The notes below the pieces were generated by a model. The model was not told the origin of the DNA. It did no database searches and was given only the letters and a program-made list of their open reading frames with translations. From assembly GCA_965223155.1 (NCBI GenBank), contig CBDCVR010000015.1, forward strand, positions 64,001 to 128,000: a stretch of 64,000 nt of DNA, given 5' to 3'. Positions 47,544-59,230 of the stretch are shown here, one piece after another (the first letter of the stretch is position 1; the number at the start of each line of letters is the position of its first letter). The DNA comes from Candidatus Multivoradales bacterium. GTDB lineage: Bacteria; Acidobacteriota; Thermoanaerobaculia; Multivoradales; JAHEKO01. Made by a program: the position numbers and the translations under genes.

Positions 47544-47890
47544 GCCTCCGGAGAGGCCTCCGGCTCGCCACCCGCGGGTTCGGACGGGTCGGCCGCCGGC
47601 TGATCACCGAGAGCCGCCGCGCCCTCGGCCCCGGAAGCCGCGTCCTCGCCGCCGTCCGCCTCAGAGCTCTCACCCCGAGCCTGGGTCGCAGTAGCCGGCC
47701 GAGGAGCGGCGTCCGGATCCAGCGTCAGCTCGTGGTCCAGAGAGCGCTTGAGGTCGCCCGTCGCCCGCCGGAACTCTCCAAGGGCGCGACCCACGGTCCG
47801 CCCGATCTCGGGCAGCCGCTTGGGGCCGAACACCAAGAGCGCCAGCACCAGGATGAAGAGGATCTCGGGAAAGCCTAAGGAACCAAACAT
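47540..47890 (-). CDS. Twin-arginine translocase TatA/TatB family subunit
   Basis: GFPEILFILVLALLVFGPKRLPE. Confidence 0.92.
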   Translation of the reverse strand: MFGSLGFPEILFILVLALLVFGPKRLPEIGRTVGRALGEFRRATGDLKRSLDHELTLDPDAAPRPATATQARGESSEADGGEDAASGAEGAAALGDQPAADPSEPAGGEPEASPEA

Positions 47891-47956
47891 CGACGACTCG
47901 AATCCGTACCCAGAGGAATGCGAGGTACTTCCAGGTCGAATGATACAGTCCCTGCG

Positions 47957-49621
47957 ATGCGCACGGGCTGGAAACGCATCGCCATCGCGCTGTTTGCGGC
48001 GTCGATTCTTTTCGGCGGCTTCTGGGGCAACCGCCTTCTTGCCCTACCTCACGAGGCGCGCGAGCAGCTCAAGCTCTACACCGAGTTGCTGCGCATCGCC
48101 CACGAGGAGTACGGCGCCGAAGTCGACTACCGGGCGCTGGTGGAGTCCTCGATCGGCGGCATGTTGCGCACGCTCGACCCGCACACCAGCTTCATGTCCT
48201 CCGAGGCCTACTCCTCGATGCGGGAGCGGCAGCAGTCCAGCTTCTTCGGCCTGGGCATTCTGGTCGGTATGCGCAACGGCCTATTGACCGTGGTGACACC
48301 CATCGAAGGCACGCCCGGTCACCGGATGGGACTGCGCGCGGGCGACGTGATCTCAGAGATCGAAGGCGATCCGACCGACGGCATGACCCTCAACGAAGCC
48401 GTTCGCAGGCTCAAGGGGCCGAAGGGAACCCAGGTGACGATCAGCGTCACCCGGCCCGGACTCGACAAGCCGCTGGAGATCACCATCACCCGGGACGAGA
48501 TTCCCCAGAATACGGTCCGCTACACCTACATGCTCTCCGAGGACACCGGCTATATCTCGGTCTCGGACTTCAACCGTGGCACCGGCAAGGAGGTCCAGGA
48601 GGCCATCGCCCGTCTTCAGGACGAAGGCATGGAAGGCCTGATCCTGGATCTGCGCGGTAACGGAGGCGGCCTTCTGGATCAGGCGATCGCTGTCTCGGAT
48701 CTCTTCCTGCCAGACGGCGCCAAGATCGTAGAGACTCGGGGCCGAACCCGCGACTCGTTCCAGGAGTACTACGCCTCGGACGATCCGAAGGCGCTCGACA
48801 TCCCGATCGTGATCTTGGTGGGACAGGGCACGGCGTCGGCGGCCGAGATCGTGGCCGGCGCGGTTCAGGATCACGACCTGGGGATGATCGTGGGAACTCC
48901 GACCTGGGGCAAAGGGCTGGTCCAGACCGTCTACAGCGTCTCTAACGACGCCGGCCTGGCGCTGACGACGGCCAAGTACTACACGCCCTCGGGCCGTCTG
49001 ATCCAGCGCGACTACTCGTCCTATTTCGACTACCAGACCCTCGGCAACGGGCCTCCTGGCGGCAGCGGCGACGCCGACACCGGGCTCGGCCTCGATCCCG
49101 AGACCGGCCAGGATGAGGGCTCGAACCGGAACCGGCAGACCTTTCGCACCGACCTTGGGCGCGAGGTGTACGGCGGCGGCGGCATCACTCCCGACGTCCT
49201 GGTCGAGCCCCAGTCCCTGCACGAGACCGTTCAGTATCTACTGAGCCGGAGCGCCTTCTTCGACTTCGCGGTCGAATGGACCAACACGAACGAAGTCCCG
49301 GACCGGTCCTGGCAGCCGCAAGCAGAGTTTCTGGAAGCGTTCTCGACCTGGCTCGTCGAGCAAGAGATCTCCACGGCCGACGAGTTCGCCGAGGCCGCGG
49401 CCGAAGCCGGGACCCAAGAGACCATGCTTCGCTACCTCAAGGCCGAAGTCTTCAACTCGGCCTTCGGAATCGAGGCCCGGTACCAGGTGCTGGCGGAAGG
49501 CGACAATCAGATCCTGCGCGCGCAGGAGGTGCTCGAAGAAGCCTCCGAGTTGCTGGCCCGGCGCCGGGGCCTGGAACGAACGCGCGAGCCCGAAGTGGCG
49601 TCCACGTCAGCCATCGGCTGA
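47957..49621 (+). CDS. ctpA: S41 carboxyl-terminal processing protease
   Basis: LDPH, PDZ GLGI, DLRGNGGG, TASAAEIVAG, GKGLVQ, GGGITPD. Confidence 0.92.
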   Translation: MRTGWKRIAIALFAASILFGGFWGNRLLALPHEAREQLKLYTELLRIAHEEYGAEVDYRALVESSIGGMLRTLDPHTSFMSSEAYSSMRERQQSSFFGLGILVGMRNGLLTVVTPIEGTPGHRMGLRAGDVISEIEGDPTDGMTLNEAVRRLKGPKGTQVTISVTRPGLDKPLEITITRDEIPQNTVRYTYMLSEDTGYISVSDFNRGTGKEVQEAIARLQDEGMEGLILDLRGNGGGLLDQAIAVSDLFLPDGAKIVETRGRTRDSFQEYYASDDPKALDIPIVILVGQGTASAAEIVAGAVQDHDLGMIVGTPTWGKGLVQTVYSVSNDAGLALTTAKYYTPSGRLIQRDYSSYFDYQTLGNGPPGGSGDADTGLGLDPETGQDEGSNRNRQTFRTDLGREVYGGGGITPDVLVEPQSLHETVQYLLSRSAFFDFAVEWTNTNEVPDRSWQPQAEFLEAFSTWLVEQEISTADEFAEAAAEAGTQETMLRYLKAEVFNSAFGIEARYQVLAEGDNQILRAQEVLEEASELLARRRGLERTREPEVASTSAIG

Positions 49622-50581
49622 CGTGGCGGCTGAGCCGGAGTCTTCGAGTCCTTCGGCCAACCCGGCCGCGTACCGGTCGATCAGCCGCGCCAGCGCGGCG
49701 CGGTCGTACCCGCCCTCGAGAACGGAGACGAGCCGGCTCCCGCACCGGCGCGCCGTCCGCCCGATCGCCCGGCCCAACTCGGCGAATCCCTCTTCGGTGA
49801 CATTGAAACCGCCTAGGGGATCTCCGCTCCAGGCATCGAAGCCCGCCGACAGGAGGAGCGCCTGCGGAGCGTGCTCCTCGAGCGCTGGCAGCACCCGATC
49901 CTGGATGGCGGCCAGCCAGGAGTCGTCGCCGGTTCCGGCCGGCAGCGGCACGTTCACGGTCTTGTCCGTGCCCGGACCCGTCCCGCACTCCGCTTCGGCG
50001 CCGGTCCCCGGATAGAACGGGAACTGATGGGTGCTGGCGTAGAGCACATCGCCCCGGTCGTAGAAGATCTCCTGGGTTCCGTTGCCGTGATGGACATCGA
50101 AGTCGAAGATCGCGACCCGTTCGATTCCGTGCGCTTGGATCAGATGCTGCGCGGCGATGGCGACGTTGTTGAGGTAGCAAAACCCCATCGCCAGCTTGGA
50201 CTCCGCGTGATGGCCAGGAGGCCGCACCGCGACAAAGACGTCCTGGTCCCCACCGCAGGCGCGATCCGCACCCGTCATCGCCGCCGAGGCCGCCGAGACC
50301 GCGGCCCGGTAGGTGCCGGCGGTCAGAGGGTTGTCGCTCGACCCGAGGAGGCCGTCCCCGCGCGCCACGGCGTTGCGAAAGATCTCGAGGTAACGTGGCT
50401 CGTGAACCGCACGCGCCGCCCGTTCGAACTCGGCGTGGGTGCCGACGGTCTCGAACGTCCTCGCGCCCTGATTCCCGCCGGCGCTCAGGCCGTCCAGGAT
50501 GATCTCCAGGCGGTCGGGCCCTTCGGGAAAGCCGAACCCCGGGTCGTGCTCCTGACACGCCTCGCCGATCACGACCCGCAT
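49607..50581 (-). CDS. Histone deacetylase family amidohydrolase
   Basis: RPPGHHA, GFC, DFDVHHGNGTQ, SAGFDA, LEGGY. Confidence 0.95.
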   Translation of the reverse strand: MRVVIGEACQEHDPGFGFPEGPDRLEIILDGLSAGGNQGARTFETVGTHAEFERAARAVHEPRYLEIFRNAVARGDGLLGSSDNPLTAGTYRAAVSAASAAMTGADRACGGDQDVFVAVRPPGHHAESKLAMGFCYLNNVAIAAQHLIQAHGIERVAIFDFDVHHGNGTQEIFYDRGDVLYASTHQFPFYPGTGAEAECGTGPGTDKTVNVPLPAGTGDDSWLAAIQDRVLPALEEHAPQALLLSAGFDAWSGDPLGGFNVTEEGFAELGRAIGRTARRCGSRLVSVLEGGYDRAALARLIDRYAAGLAEGLEDSGSAATSADG

Positions 50582-50614
50582 GCCGGTATCTTAGCCCGCC
50601 TCCGCTCGGGAGCA

Positions 50615-51274
50615 TCAGGCCGCCGCCGAGCGCGGACCCAGCTCGACCCCGTCCTCGAGCAGCCGGCGCCGCACCCGGTAGACAAGGGAATCGATCGAGG
50701 TGGGAGTGAGCGCGCCTCCGAATCGTTTCGAGATCTCCCGGCTGGTGAGACCGCCGACGAAGACCATGACCAGCACTCGCAGATTTCGCTCCTGCTGGCG
50801 GCCGGCCGCGGCCGAGCGCAAGCGCGCAACGAGCAGGCGGCGGTCGTCGCGCACGAGCGCCCGCCGCTCGGGGGTCGAGCGGCAATCAGCGGCTGTGCGC
50901 TCGGCCAGCCTGTCGTCCAGGGGCACCAGACGATCCAGGCCCCGCTTTTCGGCCCGCTCCCGGCGCAGGGCATCGCGAGCCACCCGCTCGCCCAGGGTCA
51001 GAAAGAACGCGAAGAGCGCCCGGTCGTCGGTCTCACGGCAGCACCCAAGGACTCTGCGATCGTTCTTCAGGATCTTGCAATAGCAATCCTGCAAGCAGTC
51101 TTCGAGCCGTTGGCGGTAGGCGTAGCGGACACCAGCGGCTCGCAAGGCTCGGCTGATGCCGCGCCGCAGAGCCGGCTCGAAGCGTTCCAGGAAGAGTCTC
51201 CAGGCCTCCTCGTTGCCGGTTCCGGCGGCCTCGCGGCACTCCTGCACCACCTGCCAATTGGTTTTCTCGTTCAA
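50615..51274 (-). CDS. ECF-type RNA polymerase sigma factor
   Basis: EEAWRLFLERF, EDCLQD (region 2), RDALRR..AEKRG, and HTH GLTSREIS...SLVYRVRRRL. Confidence 0.7.
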   Translation of the reverse strand: MNEKTNWQVVQECREAAGTGNEEAWRLFLERFEPALRRGISRALRAAGVRYAYRQRLEDCLQDCYCKILKNDRRVLGCCRETDDRALFAFFLTLGERVARDALRRERAEKRGLDRLVPLDDRLAERTAADCRSTPERRALVRDDRRLLVARLRSAAAGRQQERNLRVLVMVFVGGLTSREISKRFGGALTPTSIDSLVYRVRRRLLEDGVELGPRSAAA

Positions 51275-51276
51275 GG

Positions 51277-51303
51277 CTCCACTCCTTTCGGTTAGGAGTG
51301 GAG
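51277..51303 (-). promoter_or_regulatory. Hairpin sequestering the sigma factor ribosome-binding site
   Basis: CTCCACTCCT-AACCGAA-AGGAGTGGAG perfect 10-bp stem, ending 2 nt before the TTG start. Confidence 0.7.
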
Positions 51304-51318
51304 GCGCGATCCGGAAAC

Positions 51319-51345
51319 AAAAAAAGGCCCAGCAGTCGCTGGACC
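51319..51345 (-). terminator. Rho-independent terminator downstream of rpmG
   Basis: GGTCCAGC-GACT-GCTGGGCC followed by T7. Confidence 0.8.
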
Positions 51346-51413
51346 ACGGCAGGCGCGTTCAGGGTATCACGCGGGACGCCGGCGCACAATGCGGCCGGCC
51401 CCGCGGGGTCGAC

Positions 51414-51569
51414 TTAGCGCAGCTTCTCTTCGACGAAGTCCACGTGCTTGCGCACCTTCGGATCGTACTTCTTGAGCTTCAGCTTTTCAGTCGAGAGTCG
51501 CTTGTTCTTGTCGGTGGTGTAGAAGTATCCGGTCCCGGCACTCGAAACCAACTTGATCTTCTCTCGCAT
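51414..51569 (-). CDS. rpmG: 50S ribosomal protein L33 (Cys-free form); not in the supplied ORF track
   Basis: [59 protein letters not shown]. Confidence 0.97.
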   Translation of the reverse strand: MREKIKLVSSAGTGYFYTTDKNKRLSTEKLKLKKYDPKVRKHVDFVEEKLR

Positions 51570-51593
51570 CGGTACCTCCGTACCTCGAAAAAT

Positions 51594-51671
51594 TGGCGGG
51601 GCCGACGGGACTCGAACCCGCGACCTCCGGCGTGACAGGCCGGCGTTCTAACCAAACTGAACTACGACCCC
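51594..51671 (-). tRNA. tRNA-Asp (GTC)
   Basis: GGGGTCGTAGTTCAG...CCGGCCTGTCACGCCGG...GTTCGAGT...CCCCGCCA. Confidence 0.98.
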
Positions 51672-51692
51672 GCATGTCAATCCTTGAGTGGA

Positions 51693-51767
51693 TGGTGGGA
51701 GGTGAGGGACTTGAACCCCCGACCCCCTGCGTGTAAAGCAGGTGCTCTCCCACTGAGCTAACCTCCC
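51693..51767 (-). tRNA. tRNA-Val (TAC)
   Basis: GGGAGGTTAGCTCAG...CCTGCTTTACACGCAGG...GTTCAAGT...CTCCCACCA. Promoter TTGACT-N18-TAGTAT at 51824-51795. Confidence 0.98.
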
Positions 51768-51983
51768 CGCGCGCCCCCTCGCCAGAGGGCGCCAATACTA
51801 CGAACCCCTTGAGGCGAAAGTCAAACGCCACCGCCGCCGGGCGCTGGCGCCCTTCTCGGCCGCTGGATTGGCTCCCGGCCGCTGCTGGCCCACCGAAAAT
51901 CACCATGACACAATCGCGTTCCGCATTCTGACGGTGGCCGCTCCGTTCGGCCCATCGTACGTACCGGACACGAAGGAGGAACC

Positions 51984-52586
<603 letters not shown>

Positions 52587-52618
52587 GGCCGAAATTTTCC
52601 ACTCTCGGTCACAATTTT

Positions 52619-52652
52619 TGGCGACTCGGCGCGATGCCGAGTCGCCATTTCT
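52619..52652 (+). terminator. Terminator-like hairpin after sodA
   Basis: TGGCGACTCGGC-GCGAT-GCCGAGTCGCCA followed by TTTCTT. Confidence 0.7.
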
Positions 52653-52804
52653 TATCTTGCCGAATCCCCGATCTTTTCCGCGTCCGGTACGGCGACTCTC
52701 TAAGTCCTTGCAATGTAGACAGATAGAGATATTCGCATAGCTTCGGCACATCTCCAGTGCCGGCCCGAGGCTGACTGGCACAGCCATTGCGCTACCTGGT
52801 GGCC

Positions 52805-53185
52805 ATGAAGCAGGAGACCGCCCACTATCGCCTCGCGCCGGTATCGCCTCTTCCCTCCGCGGATGCAGGCAGTCCACAACTGAACAGGGAAGAGCGCGCT
52901 CGCGAGCTCGACAAATTCTTCAAAGCTCTATCCGACACCACACGACGGCGCATCCTAGAGATCCTCGAAGCCCAGGAGCGGAGCGTCGGCGAAATCGTGG
53001 CCGAGTTCGAGCTCTCGCAGCCAACGATCTCGCGACATCTCTCGGTCCTCAAGGAGGCCCGCCTGGTCGTCGATCGGCGACGCGGACAGCAGGTGCTCTA
53101 CCGCCTGGCGCCCCAAATCTTGGCCCGCTCGGCCGGCAAGTTCTTCACACACTTCGCTTCCTGGCGCGATCTTGTAGGCCACTAG
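52805..53185 (+). CDS. ArsR/SmtB family transcriptional regulator (start uncertain)
   Basis: FKALSDTTRRRIL, LSQPTISRHLSVLKEARLV, QQVLY. Confidence 0.9.
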   Translation: MKQETAHYRLAPVSPLPSADAGSPQLNREERARELDKFFKALSDTTRRRILEILEAQERSVGEIVAEFELSQPTISRHLSVLKEARLVVDRRRGQQVLYRLAPQILARSAGKFFTHFASWRDLVGH

Positions 53186-53302
53186 GAGCCCGTAGAGGGC
53201 TTGTGTCCCGAGCCTTCGCGGATGCTTGCAGGCGGTGCGGTTGGCGCCCCCGGAGCCGCCGCCGCGCGTATATACTTCGGCGTCCCGCCTGCGCGGGCTA
53301 AC

Positions 53303-53379
53303 GGCGGTGTAGCTCAGGTGGTTAGAGCGAACGGCTCATAACCGTTAGGTCAGGGGTTCAAGTCCCTTCACCGCCACCA
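53303..53379 (+). tRNA. tRNA with CAT anticodon (non-initiator: elongator Met or Ile2)
   Basis: GGCGGTGTAGCTCAG...AACGGCTCATAACCGTT...GTTCAAGT...CACCGCCACCA. G1:C72 is paired and there is no triple G:C in the anticodon stem. Confidence 0.95.
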
Positions 53380-53395
53380 TTCGAAGTCTCCGGCT

Positions 53396-54841
53396 CTGCT
53401 CCCTTCCCTCGTACCTTTCTTTGCGCGCATCGCCCCGCTCGATCGGGGTGACGGCCTCGTCGTAGCCTTCTCGGGGGGCGTCGATTCGACCGCGCTCCTG
53501 CTTCTGCTCGGGGATCTCGCCCGCGCCCGGGATCTGCGCCTCCTGGCCGTCCACGTGGATCACGACTCCGACCCGGGATCGGCCGAGCGGGCGGCCGCGG
53601 CCGAAGCCATTGCCACCGGTCTCGAGATCCCTTTCCAGACCCGGCGCCGGACAGTGTCCGACCTGCGCCGTTCCGGAGAAAGCTTCGAGATGGCGGCCCG
53701 CCGGATTCGCTACCGCGTGCTCGGGGCCGCCGCCGACACCCACGGCGCACGCTACATCGCGACCGCCCACCATCTGGACGATCAGGCGGAGACGGTTCTC
53801 CTGCGCCTGGCCCGGAATCAGGACTGGCCCGCTCTGGCGGCGATTCCCGAGCGCCGCGGCAGGATCGTTCGCCCGCTTCTCGGGGTCGAGCGCCGGGCGC
53901 TCGAGAGGGTCGTGGCCAAAGCTGGAACCCGGCCGGTCGAGGATCCGGCAAACGAGGACCCCGCGTTCGCCCGCAACCGGGTGCGGTCGCTGCTTCTGCC
54001 GGCACTCGCCGGCGGTTCGAAGGTTCGTTCCGACGAGCCGGTGCGAGAGCTGAACCACGCGCTCGCGGCACTCGCGGCGCGCGCCGCGAGCGCCAGCCGC
54101 AGCCTGGCGCGGAGACTCGAGCGGCGACTCGAACCCCGAGTCGAAGCCGACGGCGTCAGCGTCTCGCTCGCCGCCCTTCGCGACCTGCCCCGACCCCTTC
54201 GCAGGCATGCCCTGGTCTTCTTGGTCCGGCTGGTCTGGCAGGTCCGGCGCGACGGCGCGGGGCATCAGCCTTCGGCGCGCGCTCTCGAGGTCGCCGAACG
54301 CGCGCTCGCGGCCGGCTCCCCTCTGGGCATCGACCTGGGCGGACTTCGGGCCGAGTGTCATCGAGGTCGGTTCTGGATTCGGACGTCAAGCGCGATACCA
54401 GCGATGCCGATGCCCCCTTTCGCTTATACTGTCGAGGCACCGGGCGAGACCGTCCTCGAGGCGGTTTCTCTCGTGTTGAGTGTGCGCCGCGGCGCCGTTC
54501 GGCCCTGGATGTTCCGGGGATCGAAACGTCGCGTCGCCTTCTCGGCTCGAATTCCGGAGGACGGCCGACTGGTCGTCCGCAACCGGAGGCCCGGCGATCG
54601 CATCCAACCGCTCGGAAGCAACTACTCACGCCGCCTCAAGGAGATTTTGATCGACCGCAAGATTCCCCGCGATCAACGAGCGCGCCTGCCTCTCTTGTGC
54701 CTGGGCGATGACATCGTCTGGGTGCCCGGCGTTACCGTCAACGAACGCGTCCGCCTCCGCCGAGACTCGACCGAGGCATGGATCGCCGAGCTTCGGCCGC
54801 TCCACGAGTTCTCCGAGCGCACCTCCTCAACACCCTCATGA
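53396..54841 (+). CDS. tilS: tRNA(Ile)-lysidine synthetase (start inferred at non-canonical CTG)
   Basis: VAFSGGVDS, HVDH, ARRIRY, TAHHLDDQAETVL, RPLL, DPAN..RNRVR, and C-terminal RPGDRI...LK...DRKIP. Confidence 0.92.
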   Translation: MLPSLVPFFARIAPLDRGDGLVVAFSGGVDSTALLLLLGDLARARDLRLLAVHVDHDSDPGSAERAAAAEAIATGLEIPFQTRRRTVSDLRRSGESFEMAARRIRYRVLGAAADTHGARYIATAHHLDDQAETVLLRLARNQDWPALAAIPERRGRIVRPLLGVERRALERVVAKAGTRPVEDPANEDPAFARNRVRSLLLPALAGGSKVRSDEPVRELNHALAALAARAASASRSLARRLERRLEPRVEADGVSVSLAALRDLPRPLRRHALVFLVRLVWQVRRDGAGHQPSARALEVAERALAAGSPLGIDLGGLRAECHRGRFWIRTSSAIPAMPMPPFAYTVEAPGETVLEAVSLVLSVRRGAVRPWMFRGSKRRVAFSARIPEDGRLVVRNRRPGDRIQPLGSNYSRRLKEILIDRKIPRDQRARLPLLCLGDDIVWVPGVTVNERVRLRRDSTEAWIAELRPLHEFSERTSSTPS

Positions 54842-55407
54842 GCTTCCCCGTTCCCAACCACGTCCGGCCCATCTACGACGCGGAGACCATCCACAACCAC
54901 GTAGCGGAGCTCGGTAGCCGTCTCGAAATCGACTATCCGGACGGCTCACCCGTGCTGCTCTCGGTGCTCGGAGGATCGATCGTCTTCTTGGCCGACCTGC
55001 TCCGCGCCATCCAGCGGCCCACCCGTTATGCCACGGTCCAGGTTCTTTTCTCCGAAGACACCGACGACGTCGTGCAGATCAACTTCCCGGTGGAGATCGA
55101 CGTCGAGGGCACCGATCTGCTTGTGGTCAAGGACGTGATCACGACCGGAGTCATCGAAAATTACCTCAAGAGCCAGCTCCTGAGCATGGGCGCCAGGCGT
55201 GTTCGGTTCGTGGCGCTGATCGACCTACCCGAGGAACGCCGCTCCGACTTCAAGGTCGACTACCGCCTCTTCTCGCCGCGCCGTCCGGGCGTCTTCGTCG
55301 GCTACGGGCTCAAGAGCGAAGGCGAGTATGGCAACCTGCCGTACCTCGCGCGAATCGACGAGCCGAACGGAATTTCGGCGCCGGCCTCCGGGTTGGAACC
55401 AGAGTAG
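54838..55407 (+). CDS. hpt: Hypoxanthine phosphoribosyltransferase homolog with degenerate active-site motifs
   Basis: [22 protein letters not shown], and its position between tilS and ftsH. Confidence 0.8.
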   Translation: MSFPVPNHVRPIYDAETIHNHVAELGSRLEIDYPDGSPVLLSVLGGSIVFLADLLRAIQRPTRYATVQVLFSEDTDDVVQINFPVEIDVEGTDLLVVKDVITTGVIENYLKSQLLSMGARRVRFVALIDLPEERRSDFKVDYRLFSPRRPGVFVGYGLKSEGEYGNLPYLARIDEPNGISAPASGLEPE

Positions 55408-55418
55408 GGACAAGCACC

Positions 55419-57374
<1,956 letters not shown>

Positions 57375-57564
57375 ATCCGTCTTCAGGCGGCTCGAGGCCG
57401 GCTCCAAAAGCCGTACCCGCAAGGTACACTAGGCCCGTGCCCAGCGCCGCGTTGTCTTCGCCCAGCCTTCCCACAGCTCCTGAACGGCCCACGGCACTCC
57501 CGGCGAGGCCCGGCCGTGCTTCCGGCCCGGGCGCAAGTGCGGCGCCGAGCGAGCGGAACGGCAC

Positions 57565-58347
57565 ATGAACCTCGCGTCGTGGATCGATCTCGTCACCCTA
57601 CGGGATCTTCTCGACATCGCGCTCGTAGCCCTCGTCTTCTACAACCTTCTCCTGCTCATCCGCGGCACCCGCGCGGTCCAGATCCTCCTGGGCCTGGTCT
57701 TCGTCGGCGGCATCTACTGGGCCGCCCGTCTGGCGCGCCTGGCCACCCTCGAAACCATCCTGCGCAGCCTGCTGATCTTCGTACCCTTCGCGGTCATCGT
57801 CCTGTTCCAGCATGAGATCCGGCGAGGTTTGGCGAGCTTCGGACGCAACCCCCTGATGACCTTCGGTGCCCATCAACAGACCGAGAACACGATCCACGAG
57901 CTCGTGCTGGCGGCCTCCGCGCTGGCGACCAAACGGATCGGCGCGCTCATTGTCGTCCAGCGACTCGAAGGGCTGCGCAACTACGTCGAGAACGGCATCG
58001 CCATTGACGCCAGGGTCTCCTACGACCTGCTCGTCAATCTCTTCACACCAGGAACCCCCCTGCACGATGGCGCCGCGATCGTGCAAGACGACCGGCTGGC
58101 CGCGGCCGCCTGCTTTCTACCCCTGGCCCTCGACACCGAGCTTTCGACCGAGCTCGGCACCCGCCACCGGGCAGCCGTCGGAATCTCGAACGAGACCGAC
58201 GCCGTCGCCATCGTCGTCTCGGAGGAAACCGGAGGCACCTCGCTGGCGGTGGCCGGGCAGCTCATCAGCGACCTCGATTCCAAGTCCCTGCGCAACCACC
58301 TCTACCGGTATCTCATCACCGAGGCCACGTCGCTCGAGGCCGCCTAG
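57565..58347 (+). CDS. cdaA: Membrane diadenylate cyclase CdaA/DacA
   Basis: Three TM segments, FQHEIRR, PLHDGA, GTRHRAA, VSEETG. Confidence 0.95.
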   Translation: MNLASWIDLVTLRDLLDIALVALVFYNLLLLIRGTRAVQILLGLVFVGGIYWAARLARLATLETILRSLLIFVPFAVIVLFQHEIRRGLASFGRNPLMTFGAHQQTENTIHELVLAASALATKRIGALIVVQRLEGLRNYVENGIAIDARVSYDLLVNLFTPGTPLHDGAAIVQDDRLAAAACFLPLALDTELSTELGTRHRAAVGISNETDAVAIVVSEETGGTSLAVAGQLISDLDSKSLRNHLYRYLITEATSLEAA

Positions 58348-58499
58348 CTGCACCAGGTAGACGTCCAGATGATCGCGCAACGAAGTTCCAAGGAACGTAG
58401 GCAAGGCAGGGGGCCGGATCGATGCGGGAGCCGTAGTCTCCGAATTCCGCGGCGAGCATGCCGTATCCCCTGGTCACGTGCGACTTCCAGGAACAGCCA

Positions 58500-59183
58500 G
58501 TGACCGAGCGCAGGAAGATCTGGGCCCTCAGGCTCCTGGCACTGACTCTGGCCTTAGCCTCCTGGGTGTTCATCACCTCCGAGCGCACCGCCACCACGAC
58601 AGAGACCGTCGAAACTACGTTCGAGCCCTCGATCCAGTACAACAACCCCGTCGGCAGCGACTTGATCGTGCTCGAACCGGTGCTCCGAGCCAAAGTCCGG
58701 CTGCGTGGTCCGACCACTCTCGTGAGCTCGATCAACCCGGCTCAGGTCAGCGTCGTCGTGGACCTGCGCGATGCCGAGCAGGGAGTCTTCGAGGCGCCGC
58801 TCGGTCCCACGAACGTCATCCGGCCGGCAGGGCTCGAGGTGCTCTCGGTCGAGCCCAATCTCTTGACCCTGGAGATCGATCGGATCACTACCGAGTTCCG
58901 GCGCGTGGCGCCGCGCCTGGAGGGCGAGCCTGCCGCCGGCGCCATCGCCCGCTCGCCCGAGGTGGTGCCGCCTGAAGTCCTGGTGCGCGGACCCGCGTCG
59001 CTCCTGGCCGGCATCGAGACCCTTTCCACCCGGCCGATCTTGCTCGACGGCCACGCTCTGGACTTCGAGGAGAACGTCGTCGTAGTCTCTCCCAGCCCTC
59101 TCGTTCAGGTCGTGAATCCGGCGGTCGTGCTGGTGCGGGTGCCGCTCGAGATTCCCAACACCGGAGAGGGCGCGGCCCCCTAG
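58500..59183 (+). CDS. cdaR: CdaR/YbbR-like regulator (start could be 58458)
   Basis: One TM followed by two YbbR-like repeats (V.LRGP, V.PPEVLVRGP). Lies between cdaA and glmM. Confidence 0.82.
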   Translation: MTERRKIWALRLLALTLALASWVFITSERTATTTETVETTFEPSIQYNNPVGSDLIVLEPVLRAKVRLRGPTTLVSSINPAQVSVVVDLRDAEQGVFEAPLGPTNVIRPAGLEVLSVEPNLLTLEIDRITTEFRRVAPRLEGEPAAGAIARSPEVVPPEVLVRGPASLLAGIETLSTRPILLDGHALDFEENVVVVSPSPLVQVVNPAVVLVRVPLEIPNTGEGAAP

Positions 59184-59230
59184 CCGGGGCGCGAACCTCC
59201 TTCCCTTCCCCGCCCTCTCGAAGCGCGACC

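Noticed and set aside
57375-57564. folP remnant or ncRNA between ftsH and cdaA
   Set aside because: No DHPS-like peptide or convincing conserved structure recognised; likely a promoter region.
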